A DNA stretch of 64,000 nt from assembly GCA_963703955.1 (NCBI GenBank), contig CAVPGK010000013.1:1-64000 (forward strand), in the 5' to 3' direction. The notes beneath the pieces were generated by a model, which saw nothing but the letters and a program-made list of their open reading frames with translations, made no database searches and was not told the DNA's origin. Below are positions 9,430 through 19,748 of this stretch, piece after piece (the first letter of the stretch is position 1; each line of letters starts with the position of its first letter). This DNA comes from Nitrospirota bacterium. Lineage in GTDB: Bacteria > Nitrospirota > Nitrospiria > Nitrospirales > Nitrospiraceae. The translations under genes were made by a program, and so were the position numbers.

Positions 9430-10605
9430 TTGAATAAAGCGTCATCACAAGACCGCGTGCCCAAGTCGCGGGGAGCAGCTCAACGGAGGTCGCCGATCCG
9501 GGCTGTTTCTGCGAAGCCGGGGAAAGCCGTCCCTAAGAAGCCAAGTTCCTCGTCCACCACGCGGGTGGCCATCATCGGCGTCGGCCGAGGGGGAACCGCG
9601 CTGTTGGAGATCTTCGCCAAAGATCCGCTCGTGCAAATTGTGGGGGTCGCCGAGGTGAACCAGCGGGCGGTGGGAATCAAGTTGGCGCGGCGGCTGAACA
9701 TTCCGATCACGCCCAACTACGAGGACCTTCTGGCCATGGAGTCTGTGGATTTGATCATCGATGTGACCGGCAATCCGATCGTGGAGGACATGGTCCAGGA
9801 TTTCTATCGGATGGGGGTTACGGTCATTGGAGGGGCCAGCGCAAAGTTCATGTGGCAGTTGATCGAAGCGCGCATCCGGGCCACAGCCGAGATCGAAAAG
9901 ACGCTGAAGAAATATCAATCTCTGTATCGTCTCTACGTGAAGGAGTCTGGCGCGGCCGTGACCGAGGAGCGCACGCGCATCGCCTGCGAAATTCATGACG
10001 GGCTGGTGCAAAATCTGGCCGGGCTGAATTTCAAACTCGATCTTTGCCGGGAACTGGTGCGCAAGGATCCGCAGGCTGCTCAGACCACGCTCAGTGAGAC
10101 GAGGGATCAGCTTAAGCTGGCCATCCAGGAGGCGCGCCAGGTGATTTGTAATCTCCGACCGCTCGACTATGACAAGTTGGATCTCATCCCGGCGCTGACA
10201 CATTACCTGAAGTCGTACGAGACGCAATACCACATCAGCACGGAATTTTCCGTGTCAGGTGACGAGAGGACAATGCCCCCGAGAACCAAGATTTTTCTCT
10301 TTCGGATCATGCAGGAGGCGCTCAGCAACGTCGAGAAGCATGCGAATGCGGAACGCGTTGCCATCGAGGTCTCGATCGACAAAGAGACGCTGGCTGCCAC
10401 AATCACCGACAATGGAGTCGGCTTCGACGTCGAAGCGGTCTCACGGAATCCGGAAAAGTGGGATCACTTCGGGCTTCGTGGTATGGTGGAACGAGCACGC
10501 CTGGTCCGCGGTCAAGCCATCATCGAATCGAAAAAGGGGCAAGGGACGCGGATTCTGATTCAGGTTCCGCTGAGGAAGGAGGCCGCTCGCGATGGAACGA
10601 ATTAG
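9430..10605 (+). CDS. Cytoplasmic HisKA_3 sensor kinase with N-terminal Rossmann-like domain
   Basis: VAIIGVGRGG; H-box RIACEIHD; QEALSNVEKHA; DNGVGFD; FGLRGMVER; no TM segment. Confidence 0.88.
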   Translation: MNKASSQDRVPKSRGAAQRRSPIRAVSAKPGKAVPKKPSSSSTTRVAIIGVGRGGTALLEIFAKDPLVQIVGVAEVNQRAVGIKLARRLNIPITPNYEDLLAMESVDLIIDVTGNPIVEDMVQDFYRMGVTVIGGASAKFMWQLIEARIRATAEIEKTLKKYQSLYRLYVKESGAAVTEERTRIACEIHDGLVQNLAGLNFKLDLCRELVRKDPQAAQTTLSETRDQLKLAIQEARQVICNLRPLDYDKLDLIPALTHYLKSYETQYHISTEFSVSGDERTMPPRTKIFLFRIMQEALSNVEKHANAERVAIEVSIDKETLAATITDNGVGFDVEAVSRNPEKWDHFGLRGMVERARLVRGQAIIESKKGQGTRILIQVPLRKEAARDGTN

Positions 10606-11263
10606 AGTCTTGATCGCCGACGATCATCGCGTGGTGCGTGAAGGGTTGTCCGCCATTCTGAAGACGAAGGAAAACATCGAGGTGATCGGAGAAGCTCAGG
10701 ACGGCCAGGAAGCGGTGGAAAAGGCGCGGTCTCTGCTGCCGGACGTTATCTTGATGGACGTCAGCATGCCGAAAATGAGCGGGGTAGAAGCGACGCGCGT
10801 GATCAAACGGGAACTTCCGCACATCGGGATCGTGGCCTTGACCATGTACGAGGAGCAGCAGTACATCTTCGATCTCGTCCGAGCCGGCGCGACCGGCTAT
10901 TTGCTCAAGGATACGGATTCCTCTCAGATCGTCAAGGCGATCCAGTCGATTTACCGTGGGGAATCGCTGATTCATCCCTCCGTGGCCAGCAAGATCCTGG
11001 CCGAATTTTCCCTGCTTGCGCAGAAGAAAGGAAAGAAACCGTCCTGGGTGGAACATGATCTGACCGAGCGGGAGATTACCGTCTTGCGGTTGGTGGCGGA
11101 CGGGAAGACCAACAAGGAGATTGCGAACGCGCTGAATTTAAGCGAGAAGACCGTCAAGAACCACGTCCGGAATATTTTTCACAAGCTGCACGTCTACGAC
11201 CGCACGCAAGCGGCCATTCTGGCGATCCGCAAGGGACTGATTGAACTGGAACCAAGGCCATAG
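10592..11263 (+). CDS. NarL/FixJ-family response regulator
   Basis: IADDH, ILMDVSMP, LTEREITVL...TNKEIA HTH; overlaps the kinase stop. Confidence 0.95.
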   Translation: MERIRVLIADDHRVVREGLSAILKTKENIEVIGEAQDGQEAVEKARSLLPDVILMDVSMPKMSGVEATRVIKRELPHIGIVALTMYEEQQYIFDLVRAGATGYLLKDTDSSQIVKAIQSIYRGESLIHPSVASKILAEFSLLAQKKGKKPSWVEHDLTEREITVLRLVADGKTNKEIANALNLSEKTVKNHVRNIFHKLHVYDRTQAAILAIRKGLIELEPRP

Positions 11264-11320
11264 TTAGCACTCAGCTTTCAACTTTTCGGAACTCCGGCTG
11301 ACAGTGATGGTTGATTGCCA

Positions 11321-11980
11321 TCAGGCGTACCGATCCTCTTCCCACGGCTTGGCGCTGTTCGAGTAGCCCCGCACTTCCCAATAGCCCAACCGGTCGCTTT
11401 CTAGAAAGACAATTTCCTTCACCCATTTGGCGCCCTTCCAGGCGTAGCGCTTGGGCACAATCACGCGAACCGGGCCGCCGTGTTCGGGAGAAAGCGGTCC
11501 GCCGTTCCACATGTGGGTGAGCAGCACATCGTCATCATCACAGGCCTCAAGCGGGAGGTTCGTGGAGTAGTTGTCATACGACGTGAAATAGACAAAACGG
11601 GCTTCCGATCGTGGCCGCGCCATGCTCATGAGATGCCGGAAGGCGACTCCTTCCCACGTATTGTCGAACGTGCTCCAGGTCGTCACGCAGTGAAAGTCGG
11701 ACATCTTCTTGACCTGCGGTTGCGCCAGAAAATCGCTCCAGCTCCAGGTAAACGGATTTTCAACCAACCCGCTGACCGAAACGCTCCACTGTTCCAGCGG
11801 AAGGCTCGGATGAATGCCGAGGTCCAAGATCGGCCACCCTTTGGTTAGGTGTTGACCCGGGGGAAGCCTGTCCACTCTGGGGCGATGGTCCTGGATCACT
11901 CCTTCTTCGACCGACATCCCGCGCTTGGCCCGCGCCCATGCTTGCTTGCGGGCGATCAATTTTTCATTCAATTCTTCCAT
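11321..11980 (-). CDS. Molybdopterin-dependent oxidoreductase (sulfite oxidase/MsrP-like, cytoplasmic)
   Basis: RLPPGQ, DFHCVTTWS, HGGPVR, YAWKGAKW, GYWEVRGY. Confidence 0.9.
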   Translation of the reverse strand: MEELNEKLIARKQAWARAKRGMSVEEGVIQDHRPRVDRLPPGQHLTKGWPILDLGIHPSLPLEQWSVSVSGLVENPFTWSWSDFLAQPQVKKMSDFHCVTTWSTFDNTWEGVAFRHLMSMARPRSEARFVYFTSYDNYSTNLPLEACDDDDVLLTHMWNGGPLSPEHGGPVRVIVPKRYAWKGAKWVKEIVFLESDRLGYWEVRGYSNSAKPWEEDRYA

Positions 11981-12371
11981 ATCCCCTGCCGGCTAGTATT
12001 CTCGCGGTTACCTTCTCTCTCCTAATTCGTCACTGTACCATGCGAGTGTCTGCGCGACAACGGGTATCTCGACCTCACTCTGGACCCTAAATCGGATCCA
12101 CAGCAAGAGCGAAGAAGGGGTGGTACGGCTGCGCATCAAGTTGTTACGCCTCGTGCCATCTTTTCGCACAGCGCCTTCTATACGAAACCGATTAGGGTGG
12201 CACGTTTTCAAGGCCCCCACCTTGAATTTCATAAGTAATCATGCTCTAATCAATAAACCCTATGTAGTTCGAGTTGCGCAGCGCTGGTTGCTGGTGAAGC
12301 TTGGCAGTTTGTCTCATTCAGCGATGTTCCTTTGGCCAGGCCGCACCAACAAGAGGAGCTGTCGGTTTTCT

Positions 12372-13529
12372 ATGATCAGGCGCGCAAGACCTATTGTCGT
12401 CAGTCTGATGTTTGTGCTTGTTCCCGTCGTGCTTTTTTGCGCAGGGGAGGTGTGCCTGCGTGTCTATCAGCTGGTGAGGGCGGGCGTGCCGCTCTTTGAG
12501 GGCACGGGAAAACGGACGGGCAACCTTAGCCCCCTCACGATCGATGACGAACTGGGCTGGCGTGCGACCGAAGGCTATCGAAGCGAAGAAACTGAGAAAA
12601 CCGCCGGAGGGAGAGAATATGTCCTTCGCTGGTCACAGGAGGAGCACGGGTTTCGAATGTTCGGGGATATCCACTCTTTCAAGCCCAAGATTTTGGTGAT
12701 CGGAGACTCCTTCACCCAGGCAGTTCACGTCTCAGATGGCAAGCCGTATTACGCCCTCCTGAAGGCTGCGTTGGACGTCGAAGTGTTTGCCTACGGAGGG
12801 GGAGGGTATGGAACTTTGCAGGAGTATCTCGTCCTCGATCGATACGTCGACCGTATTAAGCCGGATTTGATCGTCTGGCAATACTGTACTAATGATTTCA
12901 TCAACAATGACCCTGGGCTCGAAACCGCGAGCCGGTTCAACAATAATGGGATGCGAAGACCCTACTGGGTGGACAGAACAATTGTAATGGTTCTACCGAA
13001 GAATTCCTGGGAACGAACCAGAGAATTTGCGAACCGCTATTCCCGTTTTTTGTACTTTATTCTCGGACGGTTGGATCGATTACGCGCCAGATTCTCTCCA
13101 GAATCCGTCGAAACAGAGATCGAAAGACTGGGGTTCAACCATCCGGGCTTTCTTCGCTCGATCCAGATCACGGATGACTTGATGGGACGGGTGCGTGCTC
13201 GTGCCGGCAACGTCCCATTCGTGGCGTTTAGTTGTAAGAACAGACCGCCGTACAACGAGGCATTGCAAACGATCTCCTCACATCATGGCATTATTTTTCT
13301 AGATGTGGGAGGAGCGGTCCAAGGGGCGGAAGCGCAGGGTAAGGACGTGCTGGCAGGCGACAAAGGACATTGGAATGAGGAAGGCCACCGAATTGCCGGT
13401 GAAGCGCTGACAAACTACTTACAAAGCGCGCCTGTGTACGCGACTCGTCCTTCCACCAATCCAAAATGGCGCATTCCGCCATCCGGTGATCCCCCTTCGC
13501 GTATCTCACCAACGAACCGCCAAGGATGA
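12372..13529 (+). CDS. Membrane-anchored SGNH/GDSL hydrolase-family protein
   Basis: N-terminal TM, IGDSFT, GYGTLQE, TND, DKGHWNEEGH. Confidence 0.8.
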   Translation: MIRRARPIVVSLMFVLVPVVLFCAGEVCLRVYQLVRAGVPLFEGTGKRTGNLSPLTIDDELGWRATEGYRSEETEKTAGGREYVLRWSQEEHGFRMFGDIHSFKPKILVIGDSFTQAVHVSDGKPYYALLKAALDVEVFAYGGGGYGTLQEYLVLDRYVDRIKPDLIVWQYCTNDFINNDPGLETASRFNNNGMRRPYWVDRTIVMVLPKNSWERTREFANRYSRFLYFILGRLDRLRARFSPESVETEIERLGFNHPGFLRSIQITDDLMGRVRARAGNVPFVAFSCKNRPPYNEALQTISSHHGIIFLDVGGAVQGAEAQGKDVLAGDKGHWNEEGHRIAGEALTNYLQSAPVYATRPSTNPKWRIPPSGDPPSRISPTNRQG

Positions 13530-13712
13530 ATTGAGAGCAGCTAGACGACCTGCTTCAGGTCCTGTTTCCAGTCCATTCGCTTGACCCCTTCTCGGGGATT
13601 CTCCCTCCTAGGCGGACGGAGTCATCAGCCGACGGCTATGATCAGCGGCGGTTTAGGCGAACTTCGTCGCCGTGGATCACGTTACCTGTATGTGCAGCTA
13701 CGCAGTGTTTTA

Positions 13713-14375
13713 TCAATTGCCAGCCGGTGAGGGTAGTGGCGCCGCTGGCGGGGATGCGGATGATTGGGAAGGAGACTGGCCGTTCTGAATGGTAAATCGC
13801 ATGGTGCCCGTTAAGCTGATCTCGTTGATCTTCCACCCTACATGGATCTCGGCTTTATAGCGTCCCGGCCTCCAGCCGCCCTGCGGCGCCTCCAGTTTGA
13901 GATAACCGCTATCATCCTCGAGCGCGACGTACATGACGTCCTGGGTTACCAGCGTCTTAGGAGGCAGCCCGGGCACCTGCTCCGGGTAGCAGAGGGCGTA
14001 CACCTGAAAGGAGTCGAGGTGCTGGTAGAAGGCGAACACGATATAAACCGCGGGAGACTCCGGACGGAATATCTCAGTGATGGAGACCGGTACGATTTCA
14101 TGAGTTCGACGAAATCCAAGTTCCTCCTCAAATCCTTCGGCCAAGTGGATTGAACGAAAGATCCCTTCAGGGGGTGCATCGAAATTGTACGGTTTGACAT
14201 CATCGACTCTGTTCTGGAATTCTTGGATCGGAACGTTGCGCGTGAGGGGAGGGTCGTCGTCGGCGAATGCCTGGACGACCGGCAGAAGTCCCGCCAACCC
14301 CAAGGCCAGCACTCTATGCCGAAAGACACAACCGCGCATACCGTACTGATACACAGTGCATCTCATACCTGTCAA
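13713..14375 (-). CDS. Secreted hypothetical protein
   Basis: Signal-like LALGLAGLLPVVQAFA; long ORF. Confidence 0.6.
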   Translation of the reverse strand: MTGMRCTVYQYGMRGCVFRHRVLALGLAGLLPVVQAFADDDPPLTRNVPIQEFQNRVDDVKPYNFDAPPEGIFRSIHLAEGFEEELGFRRTHEIVPVSITEIFRPESPAVYIVFAFYQHLDSFQVYALCYPEQVPGLPPKTLVTQDVMYVALEDDSGYLKLEAPQGGWRPGRYKAEIHVGWKINEISLTGTMRFTIQNGQSPSQSSASPPAAPLPSPAGN

Positions 14376-14449
14376 CCATGAGGAATACTGTGGGAGCGTG
14401 CCTCCCCTTGTGGCTGGACCAGTTCATTTGTTAGAATCCCGCCGCACCC

Positions 14450-15928
14450 ATGCCTGCCAGTATTTTCAATAATCCTGATGCCCTGCCGCAGCTCATCGGT
14501 GACTTCCGGCCGGTTGATGAGTGGCAGGCGCACATCAACGAGATCTTCTATGGTCTCCGAGGGGGGCGCCTCCGAGAGTTTTATCAAACGTTTGCGGCCG
14601 CGGATTATCGATTGGCGCACGCCCTGGCCACCGACTATTATGAGCGCGTTAGGAGACGCGATCAGGCAAGGAGCAAGGGTCAAGGGGCAAGAGTTCATCA
14701 GCAGCAGTCTGCTGCACCCTCTAACTTCTCGCCACTAGCCACTCGCCTTGTGATTCATGAGTGGGGGTGTGGAAACGGGAATTTAGCCGCCTGCTTTCTG
14801 ACCCATCTGAAGCGTCTCGACAAGGAGGGCCTTGTGTATCCGCGGGTGCGCTACGTCCTGGTGGATACTCACGAGGCGACGGTGCGGTCGGCCTGTGCTC
14901 ACCCCGATCTAGCCGATCACAAGGACCATGTGGATGCTCGGTGCGCCCGGGCCCAAGACATGGACGATATCAAGGATGGCACCGTGGACCGCATCCTGTG
15001 TAACGAACTGTGGAATGACCTCCCGACGAAGCTCATGCTGAGGAAAGATGGAGAGACCGAAGAGGAATTTCTTCGCCCGAACCTGGCAGAAGCCAGGCAG
15101 GCGGAGATCTCCGACTGGTCCACGTTTGTGCAGACATTCGACAAGAAGGTTATCAGCGAGCTGAGCGGGTTTCCGCCCTTCCTCGAAGACATCATATGGG
15201 AAAAGGAATATCGGAAGGTCGACTGGAAGGATGTGCCGTATCGCAAGACGATCACCGACTTTCTCAAGAAGATCGACGAGCAGGTTCTTATCCCCGTCAA
15301 TCTGGGAGCATGCGCGACCGTGAAAGAAGCCAAACGGCTGCTGGCGCCGGATGCCATCGGGTTCAGCAGCTTCGACGCGGGGACCGCCGACCTCAAGGTC
15401 CTCAGCGATCCGGAGAAACCGTGTTATGGCCAATTCGGCGGCCAATACAGCTTTATGGTGAATTTCGCGCTCGTGGAGGCCGTCGCTCGGCACCACGGGA
15501 TCACGACGGGCGTGATCGAGCCTCAGCGGGAATTCGTGGGACGGAGTCTGGGCACCAATGTGCTCAGTCTCATGGATCTCCTGGCTTCCCACCATAGCGC
15601 GGCGTCTCTGAAGCCGTGGCAGCAGGATCGATTACTCCTCCAAACAGTTCGCGCACTGAATGAAACGTACGAGGGCGCTTACCGGCGAAAGATCGACTTT
15701 GCTGTATCCAAAGACACGCCTCCGGAAGAATTGAATTCGCTGCAAAGCCTTCTTCGTTCTCTAAAAGAGAACGGCGTGCCGGACACCATTGCCTACCTGA
15801 CCGAAGAAGAGGTATTCGCGGCGTTGCGCGACCTGGAAGCTCTCGAGTACGATCGAGAGACGATCCAGGCTGCGCTCATGGCGCCGCCTCAAGGAGTGGA
15901 TTATTACCACCATTTCTTTGGCCCTTGA
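14450..15928 (+). CDS. SAM-dependent methyltransferase (MidA/NDUFAF7-like)
   Basis: IHEWGCGNGNLA motif I, YVLVD, CNELWNDLP. Confidence 0.75.
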   Translation: MPASIFNNPDALPQLIGDFRPVDEWQAHINEIFYGLRGGRLREFYQTFAAADYRLAHALATDYYERVRRRDQARSKGQGARVHQQQSAAPSNFSPLATRLVIHEWGCGNGNLAACFLTHLKRLDKEGLVYPRVRYVLVDTHEATVRSACAHPDLADHKDHVDARCARAQDMDDIKDGTVDRILCNELWNDLPTKLMLRKDGETEEEFLRPNLAEARQAEISDWSTFVQTFDKKVISELSGFPPFLEDIIWEKEYRKVDWKDVPYRKTITDFLKKIDEQVLIPVNLGACATVKEAKRLLAPDAIGFSSFDAGTADLKVLSDPEKPCYGQFGGQYSFMVNFALVEAVARHHGITTGVIEPQREFVGRSLGTNVLSLMDLLASHHSAASLKPWQQDRLLLQTVRALNETYEGAYRRKIDFAVSKDTPPEELNSLQSLLRSLKENGVPDTIAYLTEEEVFAALRDLEALEYDRETIQAALMAPPQGVDYYHHFFGP

Positions 15929-15968
15929 ACACAATCAACAGAACTGGTCAGATTTTAAAAGAAATTTC

Positions 15969-15997
15969 TTGACTCTTTGGAGAATTGCGATTAATTT
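15969..15997 (+). promoter_or_regulatory. Sigma70-like promoter upstream of the tatA pair
   Basis: TTGACT-17 nt-TAATTT. Confidence 0.45.
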
Positions 15998-16092
15998 GCC
16001 CCCAAATCGCATGGGAATATGGCCACTTAGCCCTACTTAGATTATGGTCTGTCGCCATGTAGGGGCTCTAGTGTGGCAGAAGTTGAGGTTGT

Positions 16093-16368
16093 ATGTTCGG
16101 GTCGTTCGGCTGGATGGAATTGCTGCTCATCCTGATCATCGTTCTCATTATTTTTGGAGCAGGAAAAATCCCACAGCTTGGAGAAGGGTTGGGGAAGGCC
16201 ATCAAGGGGTTCAAGAAGTCCGTGAATGAACCCGATGCAGTCGATGTGACTGCAGAGCAAGATCAACCGCCGTCCCAAATTCCTCAGTCTGGACAGTCTC
16301 AGCCCGGCGCGTCGGTCCAAGCTCCGCATGCGACTCAACCACAACCGGACCTGCCGAAACAAGGGTGA
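16093..16368 (+). CDS. tatA: Twin-arginine translocase TatA/E subunit
   Basis: [34 protein letters not shown]. Confidence 0.93.
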   Translation: MFGSFGWMELLLILIIVLIIFGAGKIPQLGEGLGKAIKGFKKSVNEPDAVDVTAEQDQPPSQIPQSGQSQPGASVQAPHATQPQPDLPKQG

Positions 16369-16392
16369 GACTGTAAATTGCGAGGCTTGCAC

Positions 16393-16689
16393 GTGTTCGG
16401 CCTGGGCGCGGGAGAGATACTCATCATCCTGGTCATCGCCTTTTTACTGTTTGGGCCTAAGCAGCTTCCGGAAATTGGGCGCCAGGTCGGGAAAGCAGTC
16501 AAGGGTTTCAAAGAGACGGCCGATGACCTTCGGAAGTCCGTCGAACCAGAAGTGAATCTCATTCAACAAGAAGTCAAAATGGTCGAACAGGACTTTCAGG
16601 CCTCTATGAAAGAAGCGGAAGAGGAGATCGACGCGATTACCAGCAAGCCTGGCCAAACTGATTCCTCAAAGAGTTCCGCTCCCGGTTAA
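16393..16689 (+). CDS. Twin-arginine translocase TatA/B subunit
   Basis: EILIILVIAFLLFGPKQLPEIGRQVGKAVKGFK. Confidence 0.9.
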   Translation: MFGLGAGEILIILVIAFLLFGPKQLPEIGRQVGKAVKGFKETADDLRKSVEPEVNLIQQEVKMVEQDFQASMKEAEEEIDAITSKPGQTDSSKSSAPG

Positions 16690-17072
16690 GGGTCGGATGG
16701 GTCTGGCTGATAAGGTGAGACGCGTTGACAGATCGAGAGAGTGAGTATAGTGAGATGCCACTTAGAGAGAGGCACATCTGTCCGGAACGGTGATCTCAGA
16801 CCGACAAGGGTGTGACGGTAAGTCTCTGCCGCGTCCGGACCATCAGAAATGATCATTATTTACCTCATTTAATCTAGGAAGGGGGTGACGAAGACACTCA
16901 TTAGCACTGATAACGGAGGCGTTCGGCACAACGTCTCCGGGTTTCAGACGACCATTATACGCTCGACATAGTGGATGAGGTTGGATGTGAAGTCGGCATT
17001 GATCGCGAGTAGCGTTGAGCTATGCGCGTCGAGTTGCCCGCAACATACTGTCCAATCAACAGGAGGAACGCT

Positions 17073-18795
17073 ATGGGAAGCCTATGTATATGGAAAGGGT
17101 GGTTGAGGCAGTCAATCGCCTTCGTGGCCGCCGCACTGGTCGCCGGCTTACAGGTTCTCACATCTCCCGTCTTCGCCGCGTATGAGCTGCCCCCCGGCGA
17201 GCGCATCACGAATCTTCCCGCCATTCCGCGCAACATACCTCAAAAGGAAGCGTACGAAAGCTACGATCCGGTGATCGGCCGGAATTTCGACATTAAGAAC
17301 TTCTGGTTGCGCGCGGACCTGCGCGTCAGACCGGAATGGCGGAACGGCGTCTGCTTCGGCGGCTCGGCGCCGGTGGGCGGCGCCTGTAATAGCTTCGCCG
17401 GTGGTACGGCTTCTAACGCGTTTCTTGGCCGAGGCGCCAATGACTTTTACGTCCAGCAGTGGGCCCGCCTGGGTATCGGCTACGACCTCTCGCCCGACGT
17501 GAACTTCTACATCGAGATCATCGACGCGGCGACGTGGGGCGGCAACGGCAATCCGAACAACGCGGGGAATGGCGGTGATCCGCTGAATCATAATTGCGGA
17601 CTCGATAGCGCGCAAGGAGCCGCTGGGAGCTCATCGAATTGTCGATTAGGGGTCCGCGCCGCCTACATGTTGATTCGCAACCTGGGCGGGGTGCAGGGCT
17701 TCAGCATGAAGGCCGGCCGGCAATATATCATCTTCGGGAACCACTCGATCTTCGGCCACTTCGACTGGGCGAACACCGGCTACTCCCACGACGGGATCAT
17801 GTTCAACTACAGTGGGAACAAGCATTTCGAAACCTGGTTGGGGTGGTTCCGTAACTCTGAAACCGACATCACCCAGGCCGCCCCGGTGGGGAGCTTGGGG
17901 GCGGATGTCGCCGGTGGCCCCGGCGGTGCTCCCGGTCAATTTGCCGGAACCCCCGATGGTGGCCGCGATGTGGACATGTTCATCTGGTACAACCAGATCA
18001 AGTCGATTCCCGGGTTCTTGATCGAACCGTACGCGGTGATGTACATCAACCAACTCAACGAGACAGCCAACGCGGCTCAAGGAATGGGAACGGCCAAGCA
18101 TTCCAACCAAATCCGGTACATGATTGCGAATCGGATTGAGTTTCGGAAGAGCAACTTTGACTTGATCAACGAGACCGCCTGGCAACTCGGCCGGATGGCC
18201 GATGGTCTTGGGACAGGACAATCAGCGAAATGTGGTGATCAATGCCTGGGCCACACGAAACTGGTTGGGCTACACGCACTATCAGTCCAAGTGGAAGCCG
18301 CGCTTGGCGTTCGGATTCGACTACGCGTCCGGCTCCGGGAATGCGAACTGTTCGACAGGCGGTGTGGCGCAGCCCGGTTATTCCTGCGCAGGCGCCGGCA
18401 ACACCTTTGAAAACTTCTTCCCGACAAATCATATCCATATGGGCTATATGGATATCATGGCGTGGAAGAACATGATGAGCCCGCAGGCCAACCTTCAGAT
18501 GCGGCCATCCGAGCGCGACCATTTCGAAATCTGGTACAGCAATTTCCAACTGGCGAGTGCGAGGGACAACTGGTACCGTGGCGCGCAGGGCGTCTATGTC
18601 TTCTCGAAGAACAACAACACGAGCAGAGACATCGGCAATGAGGTGGACTTCACCTGGACGCGGATGTTCGCGGACGGCAAGGTGGCCTTGCAGGCGACCT
18701 ATGGCCACATGTTTGTCGGCGATTACATCAAGCAGAATCTGGGGACGTCCTCGGATCAGAGCTGGGCGTACGTCTCGCTCTGGATGAACTTCTAA
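17073..18795 (+). CDS. Alginate-export-family outer-membrane porin (one apparent frameshift near 18210)
   Basis: AGGAGG RBS, signal peptide, KAGRQ...FGHFDWANTG, ENFFPTNH, C-terminal aromatic WMNF; the two ORFs join if one G is removed. Confidence 0.85.
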
Positions 18796-18812
18796 GAAAG
18801 GAGGAGGGTACT

Positions 18813-19564
18813 ATGAAACATGCAAGCCGAACCGGAATCCTAACCCTGTTTCTCCTTGCTTTCGTCGCGATGGTCGCATGGTTCGCTTCTCCTTCCATCT
18901 GGAACGTATGGTCGGCTGAGCTGGGGCCGTCGACCGGCACGCCTACTGCCGAGGAGAAGATCGAATCCCAGGGCATAGATCCTCAATGCATCGTCGAGCT
19001 TGAGACACTCTGCGGGGAGATTCAGCCTGGCGGCGGGCGTATCCGAAAGTGTTTTGATGACAAAATAGGCAAGTTCTCACCGGTGTGTCAGCGGCAGCTT
19101 ATGGAGGGAAAGGCCGAGGCCGCTGCCGCTGTAATGGAGAGCAGGCATCAAAAGGAATTGGAGCGCAAAAGGAATTGGAGAGCAGGCGTCAAAAGGAACT
19201 AAGTCCGATCGCTCTGACGAATCTGGCCATTCTCGAACTGACGGACCCGCCGGCTCTGGGCGGCCGGACGACCGTGGATCTGAACAAGCGGTGGGGGTCC
19301 GACCTCGGCCAAATCAACAAGGCTACGGCCCTCTTACAGGATGCCCATGGTAAGGTCGGCGGGGGAAACCACCGTGCGACCAGGCTTCTCGAAGAATCGA
19401 TTGCGTATGGCAAAGCCTATGAGCATAAGGAAGCCCGCCTGTCCGCGCAAGGAGCGCTCTTCCATCTTTGCAAGGACAGCAAGGACAGCAAGGACAGCAA
19501 GGACAGCAGGGACGAGGAAGCGTGCAGGAAGGTTCCTAAGTATGGAGCCTACGTCGCGCCATAG
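18813..19564 (+). CDS. Secreted Cys-rich-repeat protein, probably one gene split by a frameshift near 19165
   Basis: Signal peptide; CIVELETLCGEIQPGGGRIRKC...FSPVC repeat; continuation QKELSPIALTN in the other frame. Confidence 0.6.
19471..19508 (+). repeat. In-frame 9-bp tandem repeat (caaggacag)x4 encoding KDS
   Basis: Directly visible. Confidence 0.9.
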
Positions 19565-19588
19565 AAAATAGTTACTTGATCCGGAAGG

Positions 19589-19630
19589 ACATCCCCGCTG
19601 AGACTCAGGTCCCAGCGGGGATGTTGTTTA
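19589..19630 (+). terminator. Intrinsic terminator
   Basis: acatccccgctg / cagcggggatgt 12-bp stem followed by tgttta. Confidence 0.7.
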
Positions 19631-19748
19631 TAAGAGCGCATAGCGACCTGCTTGACGGAACCCCACGAGCGGGATTCTTCTAGTTGGTTCTGTTTGACTA
19701 TTCGCTCCTTGCTACAAGCTGTCCGCTTCTATATACTTCCGCGCGGCC

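Noticed and set aside
19137..19508. CRISPR-like array
   Set aside because: Repeats are short, coding and lack unique spacers; no CRISPR array or cas gene seen anywhere in the window
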